Source: Bythopirellula sp. (lineage in GTDB: Bacteria; Planctomycetota; Planctomycetia; Pirellulales; Lacipirellulaceae). Taken from it: a stretch of DNA of 64,000 nt. The notes under the pieces are model-generated. The model saw only the letters and a program-made list of their open reading frames with translations. It was not told the DNA's origin and did no database searches. Positions 9,784 to 19,567 of the stretch are shown piece by piece. The stretch lies in assembly GCA_965216565.1 (NCBI GenBank), contig OZ244170.1:352001-416000 (forward strand). The letters run 5' to 3'. Position 1 is the stretch's first letter, and every line of letters starts with the position of its first letter. The translations under genes and the position numbers were made by a program.

Positions 9784-10815
9784 CTAGAACGGCCGCTCCC
9801 GCATCGTGCAGGACATGATGGCTTTGGCGGTATGCAACCGGTTTTCTGCTTCGGGGAATACCACCGATTGCGGGCCGTCGATCACTGCGTCGGTCACCTC
9901 CGAGCCACGGTCGGCAGGCAGGCAGTGCATGTAAACTGCCGACTTCTTGGCGAGTCCCATGCGCCGTTCGTCGCAGATCCAATCTTTGAACTGATCGTTC
10001 TTGTCGAGGCAGGCCCGTTGGTTGTCGTCGATTTCCTTTTGGCTCGTCGCATTCTGGCGTTCGAGCATCAGGTCGTACACGCCCCAACTCTTTGGATAGA
10101 CAATGTCGGCGTCGGCAAAAGCGGCGTCCATGTCGTCGACAATCTCGAACTTCCCACCGGAAGCCTCGGCATTGGCCTGGGCAGCTTCAACCGTCCGACC
10201 AATCAGGTTGTAACCGGGCGGGTGCGCGAGCGACACGTGCATTCCAAAGCGAGTCATCAAGGTGATGAGCCCCTGCGGAACGCTTAACGGTTTGGCGTAC
10301 GAAGGAGCGTAGGCCCAACTAACAGCGATCTTAAGCTCCGAAAGATCTTTGCCAAACGTTTCGCGGATGGTTTGCAGGTCAGCCAGCGTTTGCGTGGGAT
10401 GATCGACGTCGCATTGCATGTTGATAATCGGCACGTCGGTGGCCTCAGCCATCTCGCGCATGTAGCGATTGCCTTCGTTGAGTACCAAATCGTGGCGGAT
10501 GCAAATCCCATGACCCATCGAGGCAAGAATCTTGCCGGTGTCGGCAGGTGTTTCGCCGTGGCTAATTTGGGTGACGTCGGCGTCCAGGAAATGGGCGTGC
10601 CCGCCGAGTTGTGTCATGCCTGCTTCGAAGGCATTCCGGGTGCGCGTAGATTTATCGAAGAACAGCAAGTAGGCAGTCTGATGGGGTAGTAGTTGAGTTG
10701 GTTCCCCACGATGGAACTTTTCTTTGAGTTCCGTCGTAGTATCAAGCAGCAATTCAAGCTCCTCGGAGCTCAAGTCTTGTGTTTCGATATAGTTCTTGCC
10801 CTTCAAATTAGCCAT
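9784..10815 (-). CDS. ygeW: YgeW-type (knotted) carbamoyltransferase
   Basis: KSTRTR, HPTQTLAD, WAYAPSYAKPLSVPQG (YgeW-type signature), YPKSW, MHCLPADRG, EAENRLH; start placed at MANLKG. Confidence 0.88.
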   Translation of the reverse strand: MANLKGKNYIETQDLSSEELELLLDTTTELKEKFHRGEPTQLLPHQTAYLLFFDKSTRTRNAFEAGMTQLGGHAHFLDADVTQISHGETPADTGKILASMGHGICIRHDLVLNEGNRYMREMAEATDVPIINMQCDVDHPTQTLADLQTIRETFGKDLSELKIAVSWAYAPSYAKPLSVPQGLITLMTRFGMHVSLAHPPGYNLIGRTVEAAQANAEASGGKFEIVDDMDAAFADADIVYPKSWGVYDLMLERQNATSQKEIDDNQRACLDKNDQFKDWICDERRMGLAKKSAVYMHCLPADRGSEVTDAVIDGPQSVVFPEAENRLHTAKAIMSCTMRERPF

Positions 10816-10817
10816 GC

Positions 10818-12083
10818 TTAGCCTTTCTTGCGTTTGAAATTCATCGGTGTTTTGTTCTCGCGACCCTCTGCCAGATCGCAGTAGGACTGGCCATAGCCAG
10901 CGTAGAATGCGGCACAATCGACTAGGTGCTTAATCGGCACAGAGTCGTTCACCGTGTGGGCGACGTTCTCCGCAGCTGGCCCAAAGCCGACGCAAGGAAT
11001 ACCAAACATGCCGGCGATTGAAACTGCGTTAGTGCTGAATGTCCAGCGATGGACCGTTGGAGCTTTGCCCAGTGTTTCGCGATGCGCCTTGATGGCCGCT
11101 TGTACTTGGAGATCGTCTTCTTCCTCGCACCACGTGGGGAAGTATTTTTCAGTTTCATAGGTGAGCCCCGTGTAGCTGGGGCGGGCGTAAACGGGCACGG
11201 CGACTTTAGCTTTGACCCCGGCACGCTTTACGGCATCTTTCACTTCGGCGACGGCCGAGCGTTTCGTATCGCCGATCGTGAGCCGTCGATCAAGATGCAA
11301 GTAGGCCTGCCCCGGTACGGCACAGAGACTGGGTGTCTTGCAGTCTACGTAGCTGACAGTGATGGTGCCTTTGCCGAGGAATTTATCTTCTTTCAATCGT
11401 TCGTTCAGTTTTTCAATTTCAACGGCAATCTTCGATGCCTTGTAAATCGCGTTGTCGCCCTTGTGCGGCATCGAACCGTGGCACGACTTGCCTTTGCAGG
11501 TGACGCCGATTTCCATCCGACCGCGATGGCCTCGCAGGATGGTGCAGTTGGTAGAGTCGGTCACCACGACAGCATCGGGGCGAATCTTGCCTTCGTTAAC
11601 AATGTACTGCCAGCAGAGGCCGTCGCAATCTTCTTCCATCACGGTGAAAGTAAGCAATAGACAATATTCGGACGTATCGAGCCCAAGATCGCGAATGATT
11701 TTAGCGGCGTAAACCATCGCAGGTACGGCGCCTTCCTGATCGCCTGCCCCGCGGCCCCAGACTTTGCCATCGGCCACCTTGCCCTTGTAGGGATCGTGTT
11801 TCCATTCAGAGCGGTCTCCCACACCGACGGTATCGATGTGGGCATCGATGGCGATCAGCTTTTTACCTTTCCCGGGTTTTCCCACTTGTCCGAACAGGTT
11901 GCCCATTTTGTCTGTCCAGATCTTGTCGAACGCACCGGTCGATTTCATCTCGGCACGGATGCGCTCGATAACACCCTTTTCCTCGGCAGATTCCGAGGGA
12001 ATTGCGATCAGGTCGCGCAGAAAGCGGACCATCTTTTTTTCGTATTTTTTGGCAGCTTGGTGAAGCGAAGTTTGTTTTTTCAT
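10818..12083 (-). CDS. ygeY: YgeY-family M20 metallohydrolase
   Basis: DAHIDTVGVG, GRGAGDQEG, TVMEEDCDGLCWQY, RGHRGRMEI, HGSMP..GDNAIYK, WTFSTN. Confidence 0.92.
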   Translation of the reverse strand: MKKQTSLHQAAKKYEKKMVRFLRDLIAIPSESAEEKGVIERIRAEMKSTGAFDKIWTDKMGNLFGQVGKPGKGKKLIAIDAHIDTVGVGDRSEWKHDPYKGKVADGKVWGRGAGDQEGAVPAMVYAAKIIRDLGLDTSEYCLLLTFTVMEEDCDGLCWQYIVNEGKIRPDAVVVTDSTNCTILRGHRGRMEIGVTCKGKSCHGSMPHKGDNAIYKASKIAVEIEKLNERLKEDKFLGKGTITVSYVDCKTPSLCAVPGQAYLHLDRRLTIGDTKRSAVAEVKDAVKRAGVKAKVAVPVYARPSYTGLTYETEKYFPTWCEEEDDLQVQAAIKAHRETLGKAPTVHRWTFSTNAVSIAGMFGIPCVGFGPAAENVAHTVNDSVPIKHLVDCAAFYAGYGQSYCDLAEGRENKTPMNFKRKKG

Positions 12084-12313
12084 GGAGAGTCTAATTTAAC
12101 AAAGCCTATTGGGAGCCGAAATGGAAGCTTGCGCTTGCAAAGGCTCCGATGGTGTGTGAAAATCGAAGGCGGTGGAAGGATAGTCTGGCAGTTGCAAAAT
12201 ATACTGATGCCAGGCACGAGTTGGCCACCAAAATTTCTTAGCTCGTGACGTTGCGTCGGCGGCGTGGCGGTGCGAGATGTTTTGGAATCTTTTCCCACTG
12301 GAGGCCAACCGAA

Positions 12314-14983
12314 GTGTCGACTGTCACTGAGTCTTCTCATCTTCTGTCCTGTTTCGTCAATGGGGATGCCGTCGAATTGCGGATACCCGAAGCCGACGAC
12401 CTCACTTTGCTCGACGTCCTGCGTGATTATTTGGGCATCACGTCACCCAAGAATGGGTGCCAGCCGCAAGCACAATGCGGGTGCTGCACGGTCTTGATCG
12501 ACGGCAAGCCGGTGCTTTCCTGCGCGCTAAAACCGAAAAAAGTGGAAGGCAAATCCATCACCACGCTGGAGGGTCTGGACGAAGAACACCGGGCACAAAT
12601 CTCAAATTCGTTTGTCCAATGCGGCGGTGTGCAGTGTGGATTCTGCATTCCTGGCATGGCGATGCGAGCGGTTGGATTGTGCGACAAAAAACCAGAGCCT
12701 ACGCGGGAAGAAATCGCCACAAGTTTGAAACCACACCTGTGCCGCTGCACCGGTTACGCCCAAATTGTCGATAGCGTCGAAGAGTATGCCCGCGTTCGCC
12801 GCGGTGGTGAAGCACAGCCTGTTGAAGAAGCTGATTTGAGTGGCAAAGTCGGCACCAGTTTGCCTCGTTACACGGGGCACGACGCCGTGTTGGGTGACCG
12901 TAAGTTTGTCGATGACATGACCGTGCCAGAGATGCTCTATGGGGCGGTGAAATTGTCGGACCATCCGCGGGCGACCGTGAAATCGATCGATGGAACTGCG
13001 GCACTTGAATTGGCGGGCGTCCATCGCGTAGTGACTGCAGCCGACATCCCAGGGGATCCGTATGTTGGATTGATCGAAAACGATTGGCCGACGTTCATCG
13101 CCATCGGGGAAACCTCGCGCTGCACGGGCGACGTGATCGCCGCCGTGGTAGCCGACGACCAGCGACTGGCCCGTCGCGCGGCGGAGCTTATTCAGGTCGA
13201 ATACGAAGTGCTTGAGCCGGTAACCGACCCGCGCAAGGCGTTGGAGCCAGACGCACCACTAGTGCATCCGCAACGCGATAGCAATCTGCTCAGCAAGTCG
13301 TCGCTCAAACGGGGCGACATCGAAGCCGGGTTTGCCAACTCCGCTCATATTTTGGAAGACACCTACCGCACGCAGCACATCGAGCATTTGTTCCTGGAGC
13401 CAGAAAGTTGTATCGCAGTTCCGTCAGACGAGAATGGCGAACGATCGTTGTATATCTACAGCCAAGGTCAGGGTGTATTTGACGATCAGCGTCAGATTTC
13501 GTCCGTGCTGGGCGTCGACAAAGATCGCGTGCAAGTTGAGCTAGTCTCTAACGGTGGGGCATTTGGCGGCAAAGAGGATATGTCGATTCAAGCTCAGACC
13601 GCACTCATGGCTTGGATTGTTGGCAAACCCGTCAAGCTTACATTGACGCGTCCCGAGAGTTTCCGAATTCACCCCAAGCGGCATCCTATTGAACTCAGCT
13701 ACAAAATTGGCTGCGATGCCGAGGGGCACATCATGGCCGTCCAGGCTCGAATTATTGGCGACAAGGGTGCCTATGCCTCAGTGGGAGCGAAAGTGCTGGA
13801 ACGTGCCGGTGGCCACGCAACAGGGCCGTATCGGGTGCCAGCCATCGACATGGAATCGCTCGCCGTCTACACCAACAATCCGCCCTGCGGAGCGATGCGA
13901 GGCTTTGGCGCGAATCAGGCCGCTTTTGCCATCGAGGGCTTGCTTGATCGTCTCGCCGAGAAGTGTGGCATCGATGGCTACGACATCCGCGAGCGAAACA
14001 TCCTGGGGCCAAATGAACAATTCGCTACGGGGCAGGTCCTCGATAAACCTTTCGGTTTGCGGAAGACCTTAGAATCAGTCCGCGATCAATACAAGGCGGC
14101 GAAGTTCGCTGGAATCGCTTGTGGTATTAAGAACGTAGGCATTGGTAACGGGATGCCCGACATTGGCCGGGCAGCGCTCTCCGTGGAAGACGATGGCACC
14201 GTACACATCCGTACCGGCTTCACCGAAATGGGGCAGGGGCTGTTTACCATCTGCATTCAGTTTGCGGTGGAGGCCACAGGCCTGAAGCCGGAACAGTTCG
14301 AGTGCTCCACCGACACCAGCTTAATGCTCAACTGCGGTCAGACGACGGCCAGTCGTGCGACGGTGCTCGCCGGCAATGCGATTGCCGAGGCGGGCAAGGG
14401 GCTCAAGGCGGCGCTCGACTCGGGTAAGAGTTTGGCAGACCTTGCCGGCCAGGATTTTCACGGCGAATGGATCTGCGATTACACTAGCAAGCTCGGCAAG
14501 GATATCGATAAGCCGGGCGGTCCCAAGACGCATCTGACCTATGGCTTCGCGACTCAAGTGGCGATTCTCGACGACGATGGCCGTTTGGAAAAGATGATTG
14601 CCTCGCACGATGTGGGCCGCGTAATCAATCCGGTGCATCTCGACGGTCAGATGTACGGTTCGCTGCACATGGGTATCGGTTATGCACTAACCGAGGATTT
14701 TCCCGTCGAAGGGGGACAGATTCAGGCCAAGAAGATGAACGACTGCGGCGTGCTGCGTTCGCATCAAATGCCGGAGATGGAGCTGATTTACGTCGAAGAA
14801 GAAGATCCCGAGTGCCCATTTGGTGCCCGGGGTGTCGGCGAGATTGGTCTCGTTCCCACCGCTCCAGCGATTGCCGGGGCCCTGTATAAGTTCGACGGTG
14901 TGGTACGTCGGCAACTGCCAATGAGCGATTCGCCGGCTGCCTTGGCTATCACCAAGCCTAATGCGCGACGCAATGGCAAGTAG
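12314..14983 (+). CDS. Xanthine-dehydrogenase-family molybdoenzyme with fused 2x[2Fe-2S] domain (selenium-dependent XDH-like architecture)
   Basis: GCQPQAQCGCC, QCGFCIPG and LCRCTGY Fe-S motifs; GGAFGGKE, GAMRGFG, EMGQG, TTASRAT and ARGVGEIG Mo-binding motifs; GTG at 12314 preceded by GGAGG. Confidence 0.92.
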   Translation: MSTVTESSHLLSCFVNGDAVELRIPEADDLTLLDVLRDYLGITSPKNGCQPQAQCGCCTVLIDGKPVLSCALKPKKVEGKSITTLEGLDEEHRAQISNSFVQCGGVQCGFCIPGMAMRAVGLCDKKPEPTREEIATSLKPHLCRCTGYAQIVDSVEEYARVRRGGEAQPVEEADLSGKVGTSLPRYTGHDAVLGDRKFVDDMTVPEMLYGAVKLSDHPRATVKSIDGTAALELAGVHRVVTAADIPGDPYVGLIENDWPTFIAIGETSRCTGDVIAAVVADDQRLARRAAELIQVEYEVLEPVTDPRKALEPDAPLVHPQRDSNLLSKSSLKRGDIEAGFANSAHILEDTYRTQHIEHLFLEPESCIAVPSDENGERSLYIYSQGQGVFDDQRQISSVLGVDKDRVQVELVSNGGAFGGKEDMSIQAQTALMAWIVGKPVKLTLTRPESFRIHPKRHPIELSYKIGCDAEGHIMAVQARIIGDKGAYASVGAKVLERAGGHATGPYRVPAIDMESLAVYTNNPPCGAMRGFGANQAAFAIEGLLDRLAEKCGIDGYDIRERNILGPNEQFATGQVLDKPFGLRKTLESVRDQYKAAKFAGIACGIKNVGIGNGMPDIGRAALSVEDDGTVHIRTGFTEMGQGLFTICIQFAVEATGLKPEQFECSTDTSLMLNCGQTTASRATVLAGNAIAEAGKGLKAALDSGKSLADLAGQDFHGEWICDYTSKLGKDIDKPGGPKTHLTYGFATQVAILDDDGRLEKMIASHDVGRVINPVHLDGQMYGSLHMGIGYALTEDFPVEGGQIQAKKMNDCGVLRSHQMPEMELIYVEEEDPECPFGARGVGEIGLVPTAPAIAGALYKFDGVVRRQLPMSDSPAALAITKPNARRNGK

Positions 14984-15572
14984 TGCCAAACAGATAATCG
15001 GCGTTCTCCTGGCTGCGGGGCGGGGACGGCGGATGAATGGCCGCAAGCAATTCCATCCTTGGCCAACGTCCCAGGGGGAGAAACCCCTAGTGGCCGCTGC
15101 GTACGATGCTGTTGTGGACGCGTGTACGGAAATGGTCGTCGTCCTCGGACATCGGGGCGACGAGGTGGCAGCCGCGCTGGAGCCCCGCCAGTTTCACCGT
15201 TGTCCCAGCGATCCCGACGCACCCATGTTTGCCTCGGTCCAGGCAGGGATTCGTGCGGCTCGGGAAATTGACGATCGGTTCTCTGTTCTGTTGCACCCCG
15301 CCGATCATCCAGAAGTGGCCCCGTTAACGCTAACTTTGCTCATGCAACAAGTGGAGGAGCATCCCGATCTGGTTGTTATTCCGGAATACGAATCGCGAGG
15401 CGGCCACCCAGTAGTGATTCCCGCGGCAATAGCCGAAAGCCTACTGTCAGCCGAATGTCCTCAAGGCTTGGGAGAATACTGGAACCAGCATCCCGAGCTT
15501 TGCCATCGTTTTGCGGTAGAAGACAAGAGCATCGTACGCGACATAGATCACGCTAAGGGCGAAAAGAGCTGA
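14973..15572 (+). CDS. mocA: Molybdenum cofactor cytidylyltransferase-like nucleotidyltransferase (MocA/YgfJ)
   Basis: LLAAGRGRRM, PMFASVQAG, HPADHP, GGHPV, RDID; overlaps the end of the Xdh gene. Confidence 0.8.
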   Translation: MASSAKQIIGVLLAAGRGRRMNGRKQFHPWPTSQGEKPLVAAAYDAVVDACTEMVVVLGHRGDEVAAALEPRQFHRCPSDPDAPMFASVQAGIRAAREIDDRFSVLLHPADHPEVAPLTLTLLMQQVEEHPDLVVIPEYESRGGHPVVIPAAIAESLLSAECPQGLGEYWNQHPELCHRFAVEDKSIVRDIDHAKGEKS

Positions 15573-15594
15573 ACTAGCCATTCTCAGCGCAATA

Positions 15595-15622
15595 CAAAGC
15601 CCCGTTGTCTTCGGGGCTTTTG
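15595..15622. terminator. Intrinsic terminator hairpin, probably bidirectional
   Basis: AAAGCCCCG-TTGTCTT-CGGGGCTTTT between convergent mocA and tRNA-Ser. Confidence 0.75.
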
Positions 15623-15640
15623 TCAATCGAGCGCATGAAG

Positions 15641-15729
15641 CGGAGAGGACAGGATTCGAACCTGCGGACCAGCGTTAACCAGTCACCGATTTAGCAAACC
15701 GGCGCTTTCGACCACTCAGCCACCTCTCC
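15641..15729 (-). tRNA. tRNA-Ser (GCT)
   Basis: Reverse complement GGAGAGGTGGCTGAGTGGTCGAAAGCGCCGGTTTGCTAAATCGG...GGTTCGAATCCTGTCCTCTCCG; long variable arm; CCA not encoded. Confidence 0.96.
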
Positions 15730-15831
15730 GGAGGGACTGCCGTTAGGCTTCCCAGTATTTTAGGGCAACATGTCTTTGCTGCAAGGCCGAGCTTTCTTAG
15801 GCTGCAGGCAGTTCAGGCTTAGGGCCGAGCG

Positions 15832-18051
15832 TTAGCCGAAGTGAATGGCATACAGCAGCGGGGCGATGATCATTGCTACCACGCTGATGAGCTTGATCAG
15901 GATATTCAGCGAGGGACCGGAGGTGTCCTTGAACGGGTCGCCCACGGTGTCGCCGGTGACCGAGGCCTTATGCATCTCTTCCAGCTCCTCGCCCCATTTA
16001 TCGTGACCCTCATCCTTCACCTGTTTCTTGGCATTGTCCCAGGCTCCGCCGGCGTTGGATTGGAAAATCGCCAGGCACACGCCGGAGATGGTAACTCCCA
16101 CCAACAAACCGCCTAGCATGTTGACGTCGATCAATCCCACGACCACGGGTACCACGACCGCCATAAGTCCGGGAGCAATCATTTTCTTGATGGCTGCGGC
16201 TGTGGCAATGCTTACACAGTGCGAGTAGTCGGCCTTGCCGTCAGCAGCTTGGATGATCTTCGCTTCCTCGTCGGTGGGGTCGCGTTCTTCACTTTCTGCT
16301 CTTTGAGCAGCAACTAGAGCAGGTCGAAGTTCGACGATTTCATTGAATTGTCGGCGAACCTCTTGGATCATATCTTGGGCCGCGTGTCCCACCGCAACCA
16401 TAGCCATGGCCGAGAAGCGGAACGGCAGCATACAACCGATTAACAATCCAACGAGCACGTAGGGGTCTGCCGCGTCGATGTCGACTTCGCCACGCATCTT
16501 GGTGAGATAGGCAGCCGTGAGACTCAATGCGGTCAAAGCCGCTGATCCAATGGCAAAGCCTTTTCCGATGGCAGCGGTGGTGTTTCCTACGGCATCGAGT
16601 TTGTCGGTGCGTGCCCTCACGTCGCGACCAAGCTGGGCCATTTCGGCGACCCCGCCGGCGTTGTCGGCAATTGGTCCGTATGCATCGGTGGCAAGTTGGA
16701 TAGCAATGGTGGAGAGCATTCCCAAAGCCGCCATGGCGATACCATAGAGGCCCGCAAAGTGATAAGCCACGAGGATCGCTCCACTAATCACCAAGATGGG
16801 CATCGTGGTGGAATTCATACCCACTGCAACGCCTTGGATGATTGTCGTTGCGTGTCCCGTACGAGAAGACTCGACAATGGTTTCCACAGGTTCTCGATTG
16901 CAGGCGGTGTACCATTCGGTGATCATGCCCACGGCGAGCCCAGCAATCAGTCCGGCCGCGACTGCCGCGGCAACACCCCACCACTGAAACACTTGTGGTG
17001 AATCGGCAATGATGTCCTGAGCACTGACTCCTGCGGCAGGAATCATGTAATAGATCGCAGCTATGGTGCCGGCAACCATCAAGACTCCCGATACGAAAGA
17101 GCCACGGTTAAGTCCCTTCTGGGGATCGCCTCCTTCGCTTGTATTGACGAAGAAGAAGCCGATGATCGAAGCGACAATGCCGACAATTGCCACGACCAGC
17201 GGCAAATAGATGGCGTTCATTCCCGCCCCAGCTTCGGCAGCTTCTAGGCCTTCGTACCACACCACACCGAGCACCATCGAGGAGATGATCGCCCCGACGT
17301 AAGATTCGAACAAGTCGGCACCCATGCCCGCGACATCGCCGACGTTGTCGCCCACGTTGTCGGCAATTGTGGCAGGGTTGAGCGGATGATCTTCGGGAAT
17401 GCCAGCTTCCACTTTTCCGACCAAGTCAGCACCTACATCTGCCGCCTTCGTAAAGATACCGCCACCCACGCGCGCAAACAGCGCAATGGATGAAGCCCCT
17501 AGCGAGAAGCCGGAGAGAATATTCAGAACCAATAAGGTTGTATCGCCACCTTCGGTAGCAGCCGGATACATCCGCATATAGAGAATTAGTAGCGACCCCA
17601 GGCCAAGTAAAGCTAGTCCTGCCACGGACAAGCCCATGACCGATCCACCCGCAAAGGCTACTTGCAGTGCTTTGTTGAGACCGTCGCGAGCAGCCGATGC
17701 GGTGCGAGTGTTGGCCGCCGTGGCAGTCTTCATTCCAAAGAAGCCCGCTAGTGCAGAGCACAGGGCACCTAGAACGAATGACAAGGCAATCCAGGCATTG
17801 GTATTTTGACCAGAGCTGACTTGGTTATTGGCCACTCCCAATATGATGGCAACCAGTACGACAAAAAGGGTTAACATGCGATACTCGCGCGATAGAAACG
17901 CCATCGCCCCATCCGCAATCCAACCACCAATCATTTTCATGCGGTCGTTGCCTGCGTCTTGGGACTGAACCCATTTCGCTCTGACTAGTGCGTAAGCGAG
18001 CGCCAAGAGTGCGACGCCCGGGACCACGTAGATCACCTTACTTGTATCCAC
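15832..18051 (-). CDS. hppA: Membrane-bound pyrophosphatase, K+-dependent type (probably Na+-translocating)
   Basis: [45 protein letters not shown] (Ala rather than Lys at the K+-dependence position), [14 protein letters not shown]. Confidence 0.95.
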   Translation of the reverse strand: MDTSKVIYVVPGVALLALAYALVRAKWVQSQDAGNDRMKMIGGWIADGAMAFLSREYRMLTLFVVLVAIILGVANNQVSSGQNTNAWIALSFVLGALCSALAGFFGMKTATAANTRTASAARDGLNKALQVAFAGGSVMGLSVAGLALLGLGSLLILYMRMYPAATEGGDTTLLVLNILSGFSLGASSIALFARVGGGIFTKAADVGADLVGKVEAGIPEDHPLNPATIADNVGDNVGDVAGMGADLFESYVGAIISSMVLGVVWYEGLEAAEAGAGMNAIYLPLVVAIVGIVASIIGFFFVNTSEGGDPQKGLNRGSFVSGVLMVAGTIAAIYYMIPAAGVSAQDIIADSPQVFQWWGVAAAVAAGLIAGLAVGMITEWYTACNREPVETIVESSRTGHATTIIQGVAVGMNSTTMPILVISGAILVAYHFAGLYGIAMAALGMLSTIAIQLATDAYGPIADNAGGVAEMAQLGRDVRARTDKLDAVGNTTAAIGKGFAIGSAALTALSLTAAYLTKMRGEVDIDAADPYVLVGLLIGCMLPFRFSAMAMVAVGHAAQDMIQEVRRQFNEIVELRPALVAAQRAESEERDPTDEEAKIIQAADGKADYSHCVSIATAAAIKKMIAPGLMAVVVPVVVGLIDVNMLGGLLVGVTISGVCLAIFQSNAGGAWDNAKKQVKDEGHDKWGEELEEMHKASVTGDTVGDPFKDTSGPSLNILIKLISVVAMIIAPLLYAIHFG

Positions 18052-18294
18052 TTGTTTAGTTCCTAAGAGAATGAATCAGCTGGAAGTAACTCAGCCTATG
18101 ATGCAAATGTAGGTTGCGGTTTGTAATGAGAGAGCCTCTGAAGGACCAGTGCCCGACTGGTCGCTAAAACCGCTACTTGTGTGCCAATTGGAGAACGTCC
18201 GATAACCACTCTAAAAAAATGTGAAACCTCTAATGCCGAGAGTCTATTACAGGGACCAGTTCTTGAAAACCGGAATTCTGACAGGTTCCGAAAC

Positions 18295-19380
18295 CTAAGA
18301 ACGGGCGACCTGGAGATCTGTCATGGCCCGGGAAAGGTCGTCGATCCAACATTCTACGAGAGTCGCCAGGTTGGCATTGCGGTCGATTTCGGTTTCAGCC
18401 TCTATGCAGCGGTCGAGGGCAGCAAGGGCAACGTCCTGGGCAGCAGGGCCGAGCTCCGCAAGCAAGCGTTGGGCGATAGAATCGCTGCCGGATAGCTCCT
18501 CTCTGGGAGCTTCGGACCCTGCGCTTTGGCAAGAGGCTCGTACGACTTTCGAATACAAATCGGCGATGAATTGAAAGATTGTCCGTAGGCTCTGGCGGCG
18601 AGTCGCGGCATCTTTGCCTGAGGCATTGACGAAATCTTGCACCTCCTTGGCGATTCTCGAGCCATTGAATTGGCTGGGCAATAGTTGAGGCAGCAGCGAG
18701 TTGCGTAGTTCCCACAGCTCAGCACCTCCCAAATCGCGGGCTCGTTGCAGGCTGCCCTGGGATATCAGGGCTAGCTGGCTTGCGTGTTGGCTGTCGCTCG
18801 CAAGGCCATGCTCCACGAGTAGCTGGGATAGGTGTTCGGGTGAAAGCTCAGAGAACCTCACGACCTGAGCACGAGACAGTATCGTCGGCAACAGGCGACT
18901 CCGGCTGGTCGCCAGCAAGATGAGCACTGCACCCGGTGGGGGTTCTTCGAGAGTCTTAAGCAAACAGTTGGAGCTTTCTATCGATAGATAGTCGGCATCG
19001 TCGATCACCGCGACCCGGCGACGACCGAGCATGGGTCGCATCGAAATCTCATGGCACAGGCCTTCTTGATTCCGATGATCTCGATCTCCCAGAAAGAGAT
19101 CTACAGGCAGTTTGCTCTTGCCGGCGGGAAGGCTCACCAACGACAAATCAGGATGAGTTCCTGCTTCGGCCTGCCGACACGAATCACAATTGCCGCATGC
19201 TTCCAATTCGGTTGGCGCGCACATTTGGCAGAGCAGGGCCTTCGCCAACTTCACAGCCAACGTGCGTTTTCCCACTCCCGGAGGTCCCAGGAAGACGTAG
19301 CTTGAGGCAAGCCGACCTTCAGCAAGACTTTGCCGAAAGCGATTCACTACGTCGTCGTGACCGACAATTTCTTGCCACAT
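18295..19380 (-). CDS. holB: DNA polymerase III subunit delta'
   Basis: GPPGVGK, Zn motif CxxC..CxxCxxC, HPD, NCLLKTLEEPP, LLPTILSR. Confidence 0.93.
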   Translation of the reverse strand: MWQEIVGHDDVVNRFRQSLAEGRLASSYVFLGPPGVGKRTLAVKLAKALLCQMCAPTELEACGNCDSCRQAEAGTHPDLSLVSLPAGKSKLPVDLFLGDRDHRNQEGLCHEISMRPMLGRRRVAVIDDADYLSIESSNCLLKTLEEPPPGAVLILLATSRSRLLPTILSRAQVVRFSELSPEHLSQLLVEHGLASDSQHASQLALISQGSLQRARDLGGAELWELRNSLLPQLLPSQFNGSRIAKEVQDFVNASGKDAATRRQSLRTIFQFIADLYSKVVRASCQSAGSEAPREELSGSDSIAQRLLAELGPAAQDVALAALDRCIEAETEIDRNANLATLVECWIDDLSRAMTDLQVARS

Positions 19381-19567
19381 ATGCTAATCTGCTGATGTAA
19401 GTTTCGCCTAGAATTCTCTATCTCCCCCACCTCGTTACCAATCGTAGCAGGACTTCTTGCCGTGGTACAAGGTGACGGCTTAACCTGGCGAGATAGCTTT
19501 GCTCTAGGCTGCCCATGGTTCTAGAATGGAATTAGCCGCAACTTCACCCCTATCCTCCGGGGCTTTC

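Noticed and set aside
2495..11660. Long alternative ORFs (2495-3049, 6060-6758, 8950-9555, 9667-10287, 11049-11660)
   Set aside because: Each lies antisense to a gene with clear family motifs and has none of its own
9784..12083. Arginine biosynthesis or deiminase genes (argF/argE)
   Set aside because: YgeW- and YgeY-type signatures and the ssnA/ygfK/xdh context indicate the purine-type cluster; no arcA is present
12084..12313. Sigma-54 promoter in the ygeY/xdh divergent gap, by analogy with E. coli
   Set aside because: The GGCA-containing candidates I checked lack the GG-N10-GC spacing
18052..18294. Riboswitch upstream of hppA
   Set aside because: Only a short hairpin (GACCAGT...ACTGGTC) is visible and I could not match a known aptamer; an Rfam/Infernal search would settle it
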